64,000 nt of DNA from Octopus sinensis (GCF_006345805.1 NC_042997.1:7874001-7938000), one strand, 5' to 3'; counted from the first letter of the stretch, positions 37,745-52,923 are shown. The notes: generated from the letters alone by a model not told the origin. Numbers and translations are program-made.

Positions 37745-38175
37745 CAATCTACAGTTTTCTTTCTGGCTGGACACACAAATATCATTTTCAAAACCTTTAA
37801 AATCGTTGATATCTAAACTTTCCTGTGAATGTTTAACCTTCCTGTCTCCCCCACTGTTTGAATATTTAAACATCTCTTTTATTGCAAGGACGCTGCAGTT
37901 TCTCTGGCAGACACACAAGCGATCACCTTTAAAATTTCTAAAATCTTTAATATTTACAACTGTCTTTGAATAATTAATCTTTCGTTTCTCCCTAGCTATC
38001 CGAATATGCGATCATCCCTTTTATTGCAAGGACATTACAGTTTCCTCTGGACGGACTCACAAACGACCACGAATAGACACTTTAGAATCTTTAATATCTA
38101 CGATTTTATTTGAATATTTAGCTTTTTCTCTCTGACTATCTGAATATGTAAACATACCTTTTGTATTGTAAGATT
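37745..38175. repeat. Diverged tandem triplicate, period ~140-145 bp
   Basis: Recurrent anchors cagttt..ctgg..gac.cacaa, aaatc.tt.atat.ta, tgaata and cttttattgcaagg in three successive units. Confidence 0.7.
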
Positions 38176-39289
38176 CCTATTAAACGCCTCCTGCTATTTA
38201 ACTTTAGCTATTTCAAAATAAGTGACACTCTGTGAGTATATAATCCTTTAAATTATCGTAGCGTCTCGAACACACAAACATCCCTCTTGCTTATCCAGGA
38301 AAATTTGTTGATTCTCCAAACACTTGCCATAACTGATAAAAATGCAGGAGATAAACAACTGACAATATTTACAAACTGCACAATTACAAAAACTGTAGAT
38401 TACAGCAAAACTAGTAAAAAAAAGAGAAATTCAAGTTTAAATATAAGTGTGTGTGTGTGTGTGTGTGTGTGCGTGTGTGTGTGTTCTACCAGTAATTAAA
38501 GCAGAAGTGGTATTCGTTCTTTCCAAGCTCACTGCATCCATTTATCATTGTGGTAGTAAATACACATTTCACTTCTGCTGCGGGAAGTGCCCGCTGCTGT
38601 TTTTTAAAATGTTTTTTGATCAAACAGAAATGTAAAGCTACATTGTTGATCCCCTGGTGGTATTTGACTGTGTTCACGAAAGTGCTTCTTTTCCCTTGCT
38701 ATCCCTCCAGCCCTCACGTATTTATGATTATCTCAAGTAAAAGGGAAAGGTCGAAACTAAATAATGTATTATGAGTAAAGCTGACAGACTTAACTAAATG
38801 CTCTAGGAGCTCATAACGACGATGATAACGGTTACATTGTTGCTATGGCTACAAGGCTGTCTGAAATGATACAGGGCACCGTGGTATTGGTGCTTACTTA
38901 CGATGGACACAGCTGTTGTAATTGTAAGTTTGAATTAATTGTAACAGTAATGACGGCAGAGTTGACAACAGTGGCTGAAATAATAATCGTCTCTGCATCT
39001 GCCACACAAGAATGTAGCACAAGAATCTCTTGCGTAACAAAAATGCTGCAAAATTACAGCACATAGCTTATCTGAAAGCGCATGTTCAGGAGAGAAGTAG
39101 TCTAGGGTCAAAAGTAATCCACTGGCAAAAACACTTCTCTGAATGCGAATCTTGATGGGCACTGCAAGTTCACCACCACAGCTACCACAGAAAGAAAAAT
39201 GTAAACAGATCAAACGGACCAAAGAAGTTTATACAGAAGTTATATACGTATGTTTCTATCTGTTAGGTAGGCCGTCAGCAGAGAAACAC

Positions 39290-42250
39290 ACCGCACACTC
39301 TTATCAATTATGAAGAACACGAATTCAAGACGGCAAGCCTTATTTGGACGAAAACAAGTTAACTAATGTTGCAAGAGATATCTTTAGAAAGAATAGACTC
39401 ACAGGCAGTGAAATAACCGTGATCATGCACGCAACGGAAAATTACCTAAACGTAAGAGAGAAATGAACTGAAGAATCAGATGAAGAAAGCAACCCTCCAA
39501 GAATCTCATGTAAAAGACTGCCATCTGACATGGAAATGTCTGGAGAAATAGATTGTAATGAACCTGATAAAGATAGTAAGGAAAGTGATAAAGAAACAGT
39601 ATTTGAAGATCAAATATTTACTGGAGAATACATAGTCTATGATAAAAATGAAGGATAAAATCCCTGAATAAGATTTCAGTTTTAAGACATGCCAATATGC
39701 ATGATAGAAAACCACAACATAAACTCTCAAATACAATCCAAAATAATAATAATAAACAAAACAGAAATTGAAATTGCCAACTATGTAACAAAAGAAAACA
39801 TACAAGAACGAAATCCTAATCTCACTGAGTTAAATGAAATTATTTACGCTTCTGCTAAGATAATTGAAACCAGTTATATGCCTCCGAAAGAAACAAAGAA
39901 TTACAGACCTAGGAAGAATTCCAAACCTGAGATGTAAAATTTGAAAAAGCGACTGAAATATTGAGAGGTGAAATATCATTATTAGATTAACTAATTTGTG
40001 GAAAAACCAAAAGAGAAACGCGAAGAAAATATATAGCTTCTCATCAAGAGAAGAACTGTTTTGAACCAAAGAATCACTGCAAGTAAAAGTCCAAGCAAAA
40101 TCTCAAAGAATATGAAGATTCGAGTGGAGAAACAAGTTTTACAAGCAAAATAAGCTGTTCACATCCAATGTGAAAATATTCTATTGAAAAACAGCAAAGG
40201 AGAAAATAATAGTTGCTGACCCCTCTCCAATGAGAAAAGTTGGAAACTTTTGGCAAAATATCTGGATTGAGGAAAAAACATACAATGATAATGCAGACAG
40301 GATTAGAATCACAGAAGATCCTACCAAATTTTAGCGGAATAATTGTGGGAAGACATCATCACAGCAGATCTAAGAATGACACCCACGAAAGCACATATGC
40401 GGAAATCTTCTGGTGAAGATAGGGTGCCCAATTTCTGGCTCGCAGCGCACCCGTGTGCACACAAAAATTTAGTTGAACAATTCAATGAGATTATGAGATA
40501 TCGTAAGCAAACGCATGATTGGTTAGCAAGTGGTATTCCTTAACTACTGCCAAAGAATAACAAAACCAAATTTCCCCATAATTATCGGCCTGTTACCTGT
40601 CTATCTACCACGTATAACATTTCTCCTCTGGAGAAAGCATATGCCTTTATGGAACAGAATGATATTTTCCCCACTGAACAAAAACTTTACCGACGGGCAA
40701 AGATTAACATCTAACCAATCTTATGATCCTTGAGCACTGTCATAACAAATGCAGAAATCTCAGTTCCTCGTGGGTTGATTATAAAAAAGGACTTTGACAG
40801 AATACGGCATTCATGGCTCTTTAAATCGCTGTTTCTTCAAAATTTCTCCTGTAATTTCAAATTTCCTGAAGTACAACGTGTCATTGTGGAATACTTTTAT
40901 CCAGTTATGCCATTCTAATGGAGTGCTGATTACAAATAATATTAATATCAACTGTGGCTATTTCTAAGGTGACTCACTTTTACCACTATTTTTACATAGC
41001 CCTAATACCCCTTACAAGTGAACTTAACAGTACAGAATATTGGTATAAAATTAACGACATGAATGACTATGAATGCTAGGGCAAAAATGATAATGGGCTT
41101 GAATATATACAATGTATTGTAAAAGCTTGCAGTGACGACATCTGGATGGAATTTTTTCATGATAAATGTGCCAAGGCAACTTTCCAGAAAGAGAAATGGA
41201 ACACCTCTCGTTCAGTGGTGTTAGATGTCGACACAATCATAAAACAACTTGAGGAAGCACACACAAATACTTCAGAATAAATAAGGGCTTTAGCGTTCAG
41301 CATGTAAGCATGAAAGATAGGATCAGGATGGAATGTTACAGGAGAGTACGAGCAGATCATAATTCTGAGTTAGATGCATGAAAATAGGTGTTAGCCATAA
41401 ATTCCTTAGTTGTTGAGGTTATTTATAGCTTCAATGTGTTGAATTGGAATATCAGTGAAATAAGGAAGGTTAATAGGAAAATCCGTAAGCTGCTGACCTG
41501 CAATAAGATGCACAACCCAAAGGCAGACGCAGATCGTCTTTACCTTCCCAGAGCCTAAGGAAGTTGAGGCTTGATCCAATTTGAAATGTCTTACAAAACC
41601 ACCAGAACTTGTCTGACTAAATGCCTTGAAACACCTAACGACTAGATGCTAAAAGTCGTTGAAAATCATGAAAGATGTGAGAAGCTTCATTCTGGCTTGA
41701 AGGAGACCAAAATATTTGCTAGTGAGAACATGTATAATACTCAGGTTGCATGATGGCGGTGCGTCAGCAGTTGTTGCAAAGATGATGAAATGAATGGCAA
41801 ATGAACAAGCATTTGAAAAATCGACTGACATGTCGGAACAAAAGTCTCTGAATGGCAAATATATGGCTCGTAGCAACAAGCTGATGTATACCAGGAGCAC
41901 ACCCATCAGTAGCTAAAGAATTCACGGATGGAGACAGAGAACGAATGCTTTATCTTAGCTGCTTAAGATCAGAGCTTATTGACCCGGAACTACCAACCCA
42001 ATGTGATGAAAAGTGAGTAGACCCATAGTGCCGATACTGCAACGATGCGATTTAAACAATAGAAAATCTAATCTCTAGATGTAACGTTTTAGCACCATAC
42101 AAAATCAATAACAAGACTTGCCAGAGTTGGCCAATATCTACACTGGATAATATGTCAGCATTATAAAATCAAAACTGCTGAAAAATGGTACACACACCAC
42201 AATCATGCTGTAACTGGGGGAGAAAATGTAACGATTCTTTGGGACTTTAA
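39290..42250 (+). mobile_element. Long degenerate R4/Dong LINE (~3 kb)
   Basis: NYRPVTCL-like near 40580, GDSL near 40970, KADADRLYLP near 41520, FILAA*DQSLLTRNY near 41950, CRYC zinc knuckle, ILWDF at the end; many stops and frameshifts. Confidence 0.85.
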
Positions 42251-42251
42251 T

Positions 42252-42401
42252 TTCTGAGTTCAAATTCCACTGAAGTCGACTTTGGCTTTCATCCTTTCAG
42301 GGTTGATATATTAAGTACCGTTGAAACACTGGGGTCGTTGTAATCGACTATTCTCCTTTCCCCGGATTTTAGGCCTTGTGCTTTTATATGACAGGGTTAT
42401 G

Positions 42402-42476
<75 letters not shown>

Positions 42477-42500
42477 TGTTGTTGTTGTTGTAGTAGTAGT
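42252..42500 (+). mobile_element. SINE family B 3' part with (ATT)n(AGT)n(TTG)n tail
   Basis: ttctgagttcaaattccactgaagtcgactttggctttcatcctttcaggg...ggccttgtgc. Confidence 0.8.
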
Positions 42501-44764
42501 GATATTAGCAGTGGCTGTTCATTTACGTTAGTCTGTGACATGTTATTACGTTGAGGCATGTGGTATTTATTTGCGACTGCTTATTTAAACATTTTTTTTA
42601 AAAAGAAAGAATAGTATCATGTTGCGGAACTGATCATTGTCATGGTGCACGGATCGCATAATTGTTTCGGCCTCCATTGGGAGCAGGTTTTCCTTTTTTT
42701 AATCTTCGTCAATTCTAATTAAAAAGACAAAGAAATTTAATTTAATGTAGCTTTACTTGTTTATAGGAAAGCGACCGAGAGGAAGAGAAAATTAAATAGG
42801 AAATTGGAGTTGTAAAGTGTACTCTCTTTCTGTAAAACAATGGAGTAGGAAAAATGCGATTTTCCTCAAAATCATTTGCACAGCTGCACCCACTAGATCC
42901 CCAGCGGCACAATCATCATCGCTACCATCACCACTTTCACATCGAACGCCAGTGATATTAAAGGTGGTGCTGGCGTTAATTGCATGAAATTTTAGTACAA
43001 AGGCTTGATGTCTTAAACACATGGCATCTTAGACAACAGAATTACTGCCATTGTAATCACAAACACCAGTAGTAGCGCCATCAAAGCAAGAAGCTGTGCT
43101 AATGGCCACGACAGCATCAACATCATTAACCATAACATTAATAATGCTACCGCTTAACCGAAAATATTATCACAGCCCACAATACAATAACGCAAATAAC
43201 TACAAATTATTCACCCAGTAAAAGAATCGTATATTCCAAAATCAATTCTGGTAAGTATGCTGAAAGAAATCTAACCCCGATTGGTTTCATGCTGTGGGTC
43301 CGGATGTAAGATCTTTTGCGTGGAACAAGATAACAGAAAACTCATATACTAGTGCATTTTAAAGATCATACGTTAGCACAAGTTTTGATTTTTACCTTTA
43401 AAAAGAAGACTGCAGCTCACACTGATTATAGTTTCTTTGTCACACCTAAAAGTAGACGAAGAGCATCCTCACAAAGCATGGTTATTAAATGAACTAATGC
43501 TTATTCGAACATATACGGGGAGGGAATTGTTTAAATTTATGATTTGGGAGGTGTTGGTCGAAGATATAGAACATTGATAGCTGGTATAGAACCACAAGAT
43601 TCGATTAAATTAGCGGTGTTCAAGGCAAACACTTCGAAGTTACCCCTAGTTGTATTTCGGCACATGATATCTGTAGATGTGCTTAACGTCCATGTCATCA
43701 TCTGCCTCTCGTTAGCTATGCAATGTAATTTCATGATGAAAATCGAAAACAGTTTCCAGCTTTATTTGCATGAATCAGTTTAGTATATTCAAATTTCTGC
43801 CACTTTATATATGCCTAATATTTTTTGGACTTATGAGCGAGAAACACCATAACTTTAAAAATTTTCTCACAATAGAGAAACAAATTATTTTCTTTCGCGC
43901 TTAACGTTGAAAATAATCAGTTATTTTCTTTTTTGTGCTAAAGGTAAATAATTGTGTATCGGTAGTCAATACTATCATTAAAAACGCATATAGTTAGATA
44001 TTTATTAAAAGTAATTCAAAACACATCCTGTGATACGGAAGGAAACCTCGATTGATTATCTGAGATACTTATATATCTCTCTCGTTAATATCCTGCAGTA
44101 GTCTGCCACTCTACAAAGCAATATTTACCTTGTTGACGCTCTTTCGTGAAATGAATATGTTTAAGGAATCACTTGTTTTGAGTTCATCGGTGACCGAATT
44201 AAAATTTGTCATGAAAGGAGGGGAAAGGAGAGGCCAAGATATAAGATCGCATGATGCATTTCTACTTGCTTGGTAAGTCTTACGAAGTTCTAGTATTTCG
44301 GTCTAGTTTGCACGTTTGCGATTCTTCTCACCTCCACAAAAAACATCACGACACTGTTAAATGTATGTCACACGGTTTAGTGCTATTCCATCCAGTCTAC
44401 TTCAAATATATCAACACTTAGGGCAACTAAAACAACCATCTTTAATTTGTGCATCATCGATACGCAGAAATTGCTTTCTCTGTATATGACAGGTTTATGT
44501 AAACAGAATTGTCCAACAGAGTGTCCAATATCTGGTGTGTCAACAGATTACATCTGAAATAATTTCATATTCTTCTTTCAGATAAAAAAAAAAGAAAAGA
44601 ATTTGCTTAATAAGTAAAGTAAGGCATGATATACATATGAGAGGAAAAGTAGCTGATTCGAGTACTTCCACTGCATGATAAAGCATCTATGTGTACCTAG
44701 AACCGGTATTTGCATTAACAATGTGCCCATTACGCATACGCACTATATATTCAGACTGGTGAAA

Positions 44765-44773
44765 ATGTATGTA

Positions 44774-44804
<31 letters not shown>

Positions 44805-44930
44805 ATGTATGTATGTATGTATGTATGTATGTATGTATGTAGGTATGTAGGTATGTATGTAGGTAGTATGTATGTATGTATATATGTATGGATGTGTATA
44901 TGTATGTATGTAGGTATGTATATATGTGAA
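44765..44930. repeat. (TATG)n microsatellite
   Basis: Directly visible. Confidence 0.9.
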
Positions 44931-45519
44931 GTTCATTCCAGCGTCTATATGGCTCAGGAAGAAACGTAATAGTAATTGTTTCGTTAACCAGCTGAAAAAA
45001 TGATTTACTGGGGTTAAAATGTAGTAACATATTTCTGTATAAAACAGCCATGTTATAGTAGCAACAAATATTACGATATATCATTTGAATTTTATCTACT
45101 GACCGCGCGAAATAATGGAAAGGCTATGCAACAGCGCCACAAAAACGACTAAGCCTCATAGGACAAACTATTGCGTATGTAGATTCAAAATACAAGAATT
45201 TGCATTGAGTGACCCCATAAAGACAGGTGTAAAATCATGTCGTCGATTAGGGCGTGATATTATTTTATTATATGTAGTTTATGCCACGTTTTGTTATTCA
45301 CGTTTCCTTTATAATCTGCAGGAAATGACTGATATTTATAGGCATGTTAATTATAGTATCATCCCCTTTATTTTTCTTATGAAATGAGGTCATATGTTCA
45401 TATTTTCTTTATTCATTGGGATATTAATGGGTCTGGTGAAATACATATCAGAGATATTTTGTCTCTTATACTTCAGAGGTAACTTAAAGACGTTGAAAAT
45501 TCTTCTGATTTTGCAAGCT

Positions 45520-47700
45520 CATCATTTCGATTCTCTTTGAATCTTCAGCAGGTATTCCGGGTCCTAGGACTTCTTTTCGCTTGGCCGCTTTGCCTGAATG
45601 GGGTACCGACGGCTGAATTAGCCTTACAGTATGGATTCTGTATGATTCTGTCTACAACCTTATGTCAAATATATCTTCCATAAGCTAGTCGCCGCTGCCA
45701 AGGCTATCTACTTTGTATTTTTCTTCGGTTCTTTTGATTCCAAACCAACCGTTTTAAAATAATTAAAGAAAAAGCGCACTAATGCTACTAGGAAATTGCG
45801 GCAGCCTACCTTAGCCCTAAGCCTATTCCTTCGTCACTTCGGAATGAAACTACGCGCTCTCCTTTACAAGAATCTCATCAACTACGTCTGGGTATTTTTG
45901 CTTTATCGTTTAGTGCTCAGAACTATCGAGGCTCTCCTCCGAGGGCAGTGTGTATCCAGTCACGATGATCTTTCATTATTCATGGATGGTAGAGCTTTGC
46001 TTTGTTGGAGAATTTTCAGTGCCATCTCTTCAACAAACATGAGTCTACACTTCAGATCGATTTACATCTCTCAGTCAGTGCTTCGCTATAAATTAGAAAA
46101 ACGTTCCTTATAGCTGCTGTTTTATTTAGACACTTATCATTTAACATTAGGAGTCTGATATCTTTGAATGTTTTTTTTTGTTTCCTTTATCTCACTGCGT
46201 ATCCCTTCACTTAGAATTTTTTGAAAATACTATATCATACCTCCACTCATTCATACCTTCCCCAGTGCCTTAAGACTCTAATCAAAATGTGGTGCAAGGC
46301 GCAAAGAGTCGCTCTACATTGCTTGCCTGAAGGGTTTTCTTTGTTACAGATTATAAAAATGTATTTTAAAGTTTATTTTAGGGTTATTTGAAGGATATCT
46401 GCATTCGGCGAGTGATCAGTGCAAGAACACATTATGAAAAACAATATCTCTCTGTCTAATAGATATGTTTTATCATTTGGAGCTGAGATAGCTCGAGACT
46501 GTTTTTCCTTTGTCACGTGCATCGTTCTGCCTTTTATGGAGCGCAGCCTTTTAAGCTCTTTTCTTATATGTGCGATATGGCACAGTCTTCAGCTGGGAAC
46601 ATGTAGATAACCAGTTTTTCCTTTCTCCTGTGCGAAACGCAATTTGAAATATTTAGTACAAAATTTCCACCAGGATTCTTATTTTCATGGTACTATATTC
46701 TTTTAGAATGGTTTCCAGTATGATGTTCTCCTCCTCATACAAATGAGCCCACCTGCAGTCTGTAACCAGTGTAAAATTCAGCAGTGATTACTACTCGAAG
46801 CACTTTGAGTACTCACCTACTTGTAGCTGGCCAATGTAGAGCTTCGTTTTGCTAGGCATTGCCCAATTACGTGCCCTCTTCCCGATGTGCCATGCGTGCT
46901 TTCATGGGTATCAGTCGATCTTCCACTGCTAATAGCCGGTATATTATACGGTATATTATAAAAGATACTCTAGTCCAAGCAGAATCTGTGGAGGGCTATT
47001 TAAAGATGATGCAAGCCCTTTTTTTGCTTTTTTTTGTTTTATTTGGGGGGGGGCTGAATATAACTATTGAATATGGAACCCTCCGGTAACTTCAGTAAGT
47101 ATATTAAGGTAACAATACTTGTAGGCTTCAAGAAGCGTGACTACGGGATTTTAATCATTAGATTTATTCTTGTACCTTGTGAGTTGAGAGAATTTCTCTT
47201 GTTTGTCCTTCTAATCAATCACTAAGTTATTAAACATATCCGCTGGGAGGTTTTGTGTCCCTGTTATATTTCGGGATCGTATTAGGAATTGTTGCATTCC
47301 AGTCTTTATTTTGTCTTTTGCAGCATCTTGACAACCCTTTTCTTTTCTTATGGCTTCATACGATTGTAAAGTTGTGCTTTCTGACTCAAGAATTTTCTTC
47401 CCGTATTATCGCCTTCTCAATACTGTCTTTTCAGTATGCTCCTGCTACTCCCCCTATTCGTGCGGCAGGGATTCAGAGTTGACGCTAAGTAGTTTTTTGA
47501 TGAAATTCTTTTGGGTAATGCTTTGTCTGACCAAAGACCCGTTATCACATTTAATATTGTAACATAGTTATAAGGACTTAGTGAAGGGAGCTACGGCAAA
47601 TCAGCTTTTAAGGAGAAGAGATCAAAACTGCTTGCCGTAGTCGTTACCTAGAGATTTGACAAAGAACCTTCGCACCATTTGTTTTCAATATGGGAAAAAA
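45520..47700 (-). mobile_element. Highly decayed R4/Dong-like LINE
   Basis: Only weak scattered motifs on the minus strand (AY*KDSIEKAI, LQSYEAIRK, LWKI-like). Confidence 0.4.
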
Positions 47701-48599
47701 TTCGCTTTATGCAGGCAACTTAAATCAAAACTATGTTTGCTGAAATTTGAGTAGTGTTTTCCTACTCCTGTGGCGGAAAAGAGGAATGCCTGACCTTGCT
47801 CTTCGGAGATCTCCATTAACACAAATATGGTAATGACAGAAACAACAGCAACAAAAGTAGAATCAGTACAGCGACTACCATCAGAGGTAGAGACATTTAC
47901 GGAAACGACACTGAATGAGACGAGGCTAAAAATTTCCTGAGTTTAAGGGTATTGTGAAATGCTTGGCTGGAAGCCCGATCTTTCGAGTTTTTTTACAGGG
48001 CTTAGAAAATCTCAAGGACCGCTGCAATAAGTGGGGGAATATGAGAGAGAAATATTTTGAATATAATCGCAATTTTCTTGTACCCAAAGCCAAGAACTTT
48101 GCAGCATCCCTCGTATAGTAAAACATTGCATTACATTACCTTAGCACAAGACGTGTCAATCAATTCCCAATACTTACATAGTCGACTAAACCAACACCAA
48201 TACATATTCAAACAGCATTGGCACTGCTTGCGATTGCTCTCACCTCCAAAGTTATTTGAATGCCGAAAACGAAAGTAAGAGACCCAGACAAGGCAGTACG
48301 GACGTTGAGCCAAAGTGTGTAGAAACTAGTGATAAGAAGCAAAACTTAAAGTCGGCTGTTTTGACAATTTACCAAAGATGTTGCCAACAAAATCCACTCA
48401 TCTACGACATCACCAAGGAGTCTAACGAATTCCATCTATTGATCATTTTGTGTGCGTGTGCCAACTAATTGCTTCAATAATCTCAATTGATCATATCAAC
48501 GTGCTTCGATTCAATATCTTGAAAATGCGATTCACTTCCGATTTTGCAGTTAATATGTAGAATATTAATTTCAGGTAGATTTTCCCAGGCATGTTTCTG

Positions 48600-48910
48600 G
48601 GAAGGCACGTGGCTTAGGGGTTAGAGCCTTTGGCTCACGATCGTAAGGCATTGAGTTGGATCCCGGCGGTACGTTGTGCCCTTGAGAAAAAACACTTTAA
48701 TTCCCGTTGCTCCAGTTCACGTAGTTACCAAAAATGAACTGTACCTCTAATTGAAAGAACCAACCTTCCCACACGCTGAATCTCTCTGAGAACTGCGTGA
48801 AGGGTATTGGTGTCTGTGGAGTACTGAGCCCCTTACACGTTAATTTCGAGAGCAGGCTGTTACGTTGACGGAATCAATTGGAACACCAATCGTCGTAACG
48901 AGCGGAAAGC
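48600..48910 (+). mobile_element. tRNA-derived SINE family C
   Basis: A box TGGCTTAGGGG, degenerate B box GTTGGATCC, then gttgtgcccttgagaaaaaacacttt resembling a CORE-type central domain. Confidence 0.7.
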
Positions 48911-50673
48911 CAGGCCTTTCTCGATATAATCTAACTACTTTCTTACAATCCTCCACTTCTTTGCACATATTGATCACTCGTAACGTCACCACAAAAGTAT
49001 AATCTCTTTCGGTGACAAAGTGTCGTAAGTCAGAAACATGTCAATTGAATTTTGTAACTGGCTTTAAAGAGACGGAACACTCGAATCGAATCTATATTGT
49101 GTATATATGAAGTTACGTCCCTTAGATTTTATTCTTAAGTATTAAGCACTCTGAAAGTGGGGTTACGGATACTAATTATTTGTAAAATGTCCGCTGATTT
49201 GAGATTCGAATGTATGCGCATTTAAAATGAAGAACACTACCATTTTGATTTTAATTGAACATCTTGAAGAACATTAAAATATCAACCCAAATAAAAGTTC
49301 CTTTGGGTATATTTCCGTATATCCTTAATTTCACACTAAATTATTCTTTTATCAAAGAACTGATTTAACACAGGAAATATGTATGAATATTTATAAGTAC
49401 ATGATCTCATACCTCTCATACATACTGTGATATCTATATCTATATATATATATTGTTCATGGCTGTGTAATGTGTAAATATATGTTTATCAAAATGTATG
49501 TGTTTGTAACTCCGTATGCAAAATATATGTATATATATATACTGCCACACGTGCACATATATGCACACAAATCTATTTACTTATTTATGTATTTATTTAT
49601 GCACGAGCAAGCACACAAGTATGTACGTGCATACATATTTCAAAACTTGATCTATAAGCCCGTACAACAGAATGCTTCGCTTGCCAAATATGTCGCAACT
49701 GATACATCCTATAAGAAATATTCCCTGGAAACTAATTGTTTCCTTATCTCACATTATGTCTGCTGATTTATCTCCCAAATACGCTTGGGAGTATTTCTAA
49801 TGGACAATTACCAAACTTCTCTCTAAGATCTTTGGCTGAAAATCAATTTCATATCAAGATAAGAGATCACTTCACCAATAATACCTGTGGTTGGTTATAT
49901 CTTGCATTATTTGTAGAGGAACTAACAATATGCGTTTGGCACTGGTCACTAAGTCTACGAACGAAATATCTTCAAATGTTATTATATTTTAATTGGGAAT
50001 AGTAAATGGTTTGCGAATATAAAACGAAGTGTCTCGAAGACAGCATGGTTCCTCGGTGATATAGTACCGGAAACTTTGAATATGTAATGAAACATTTAGT
50101 GGCTATCACTTCTGCCTTTTGTAGAGATAACTTATTTTTTCTTTATAAAATAATTGGTTACCTAGGGAGTTGCTGATATTTTTGCCATCAATAGCAACGA
50201 GACAGCTGTTCGACATTTCCGAAGTTAAGTACACATATGTAGTAGCCTTAAAATTGCTTCTATGATACCACGTTGATGTTTATGATTGAAATCTTTCACT
50301 TGATTAAATCAAATATCATGCGCTGCAGGTTTATAGGAGAAATACTAAACGAGTATGATTATATTATTCTTTATTTTTCGTCTTTCTCTTGTTTCAGTCA
50401 TTAGACTCTGGCCATGTCGGAGCTATATGCTACATATCCCAGTGGAACAGATTTGCCTCTAAACTTATTGGACAGGTAAGTGCCGAAGAGAATGTTCATA
50501 GTCAAAATTTTTCTGCAAATTTGATATATGAAGCAATAGATAGTTCAGATCACATTTTTTTAGATTTGGCTGCGGCAAACTATGTCTACTTAAAAACACA
50601 CACGTACACGTACACATTTGTGTGTGTGTGTGTGAGTGCGCGCACGCCGGTTGTGTGAGTGTGTATATGAATA

Positions 50674-50717
<44 letters not shown>

Positions 50718-51225
50718 CATAGGTGTGGTGCACAGAGCACAAAGCTATGTGAGACACTAAGACATTGATTAAATGTTACTTAATATAGAGATAAAATATG
50801 GAGCAATACATAATTTATATCAACAAAGAGTTTTTCGGTTGCTTATAACCTAAGTCAAACTGATGCATTCGATTGTCCAATTGAACCCTGAATACACCTG
50901 CTCAAATACATATTAAACAGCATGAGCCTCCTTTTTCTATCAAAATGAGTCAAGCCTGCACTTTGCTGAAATATATCACTTCTCCTAAAGAACGTTAGTT
51001 GACAAAATATGTGGTCTAAGAATCTAGAAAATCCAGATGAAATAAAATTTTTAAATTTCATTGATATTTAAAACATTATTTGTATATATGTAGGTGGGAG
51101 ATGTTTAACTATTGATACAAACTGTGGATACATTCATTTTGGAGAAATTGATTAAATCAACTTCATAACATCTTGTCATTCTTACGGTATTTCTCGTACA
51201 CTACCTCATTTCTTTCTAGGGTACC

Positions 51226-51447
51226 TATTTCTTTACTACCCACAAGGGGCTAAACACAGAGGGGTCAAACAAGGACAGACAAAGGGATTAAGTCGATTAC
51301 ATCGACCCCAGTGCGTAACTGGTACTTAATTTATCGACCTCGAAAGGATGAAATGCAAAGTCGACTTCGGCGGAATTTGAACTCAGAACGTAACGGCAGA
51401 CGAAATACGGCTACGCATTTCACCCGGCGTGCTAACGTTTCTGCCGG
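51226..51447 (-). mobile_element. SINE family B with an alternative 3' tail
   Basis: Shares body with 11138-11357; tail ccacaaggggctaaacacagagggg differs. Confidence 0.85.
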
Positions 51448-52767
51448 GGCACCGTTAAAATAGGATGCAGCTCTCTGTTTGTATTTATCACGGGGGATAG
51501 ATAGAAAAATAAATTCAATTTATTTTGGCGGTAAAACTCCTAGAATGTACTGTACATATTTGTAACGTTTGTTTCCCTACATACTTTCCCCATTTAACTT
51601 TTTGTAATGCTAGTGTTTGTTCATACTTAACTAGAATATTCTGCCTAAAAGTTGATTATGTTTTATATTAGCGTTAATGATTGTCTTTAAATCAAATTTA
51701 AAAAATTCTTGAATATTTCGAAATCGCACTTGAATCTGTTCATGTCGCGATATGTCACGTTGTACTCAGTCGGTAAGCTGTCTATATCTATATTGATGAC
51801 GGGCATGTAAAATTTGAAAGAAGTGCGTCCATAGTGATTGTTGTATCCGACATACATAAAACACACACACAGACACACAAAGTAACACACACACACACAC
51901 TGTAAATACACGCGCGCATGCCTCTTTATATGCATGCAATGCTGTATAGGCGCGTGTGATATATCTGTCATATATATGCGGGTGTGTCTGATTTTTAGTA
52001 ATGAAAAAATAAGAGCGAAGACTTCATCATAGCTTATCTTCATAAATCTGGTTAAATTTCAGCAAGCACCTTTTAAACAACACATCGTAGTAATGTGTAC
52101 TTACGTATTGTAATGCAAATTGTCAATGATATAAATGTAGCCTGTAGTTAGGTGAGAAGATAAGAGCTCGTAATGTATTCAAATATTTAGTCGAAAGTAA
52201 TTAGTCGTAATACTATCAAACTGTTTCGCTCATGTGCTTGAAGCGTATTCTGCAATCACTTTCATTTTGCCAATGATTAACGGACAGAATAGAGCATGTA
52301 TTTCTCAAAAACAAGTCTGTCTTTGATATGGGTTCCGTTTCATGTAAGATGTTTACTGTTCTGTCACTAATTTATTATTACGAGATATAAAAGTTCTCAA
52401 ACAAATCCGGTTACGTCATGCGCTATGCTATTGGTATACGCATTCTTACATATCTAAAAGGTATTTTCAGAGACCAGTAAATATCCTGACAAGGCATTAA
52501 TACACACTTTACAAAAATCTAGTGATTATTCTTACACAGAGAAGGTAAATGTTTTTATTATTCAAATTAAGCACTCGTTGCCAATATGCTTTCTGTATTT
52601 TCTTTCAAATCCATTCTGCATCAAAACCATTATAACTTTCCAAGACACGCTTATGTTTTCTGAAAATAAAGCAGCGTATAAAGCTGAGAAGTAAATTTTG
52701 GGCGCTTTTTTTCTCTAACAAACTTTCGTGTTTGCAATGAGCGTAATTCTACAGGACAAGTATTATA

Positions 52768-52816
<49 letters not shown>

Positions 52817-52923
52817 CAGTAAAGATAAAGGGTGAAATATAATTAATTTAATAATATCAACAAATTTCACCAAGACCGTCATTGTTATAATTGGATATAA
52901 TTTTACCCAATATGGTCCTTTTC

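Noticed and set aside
43219-50476. Possible micro-exons ending at GTAAGT donors (43219-43250, ~44190-44272, ~50445-50476)
   Set aside because: Short open peptides with no recognisable homology; such sites arise by chance in AT-rich DNA. Needs RNA-seq.
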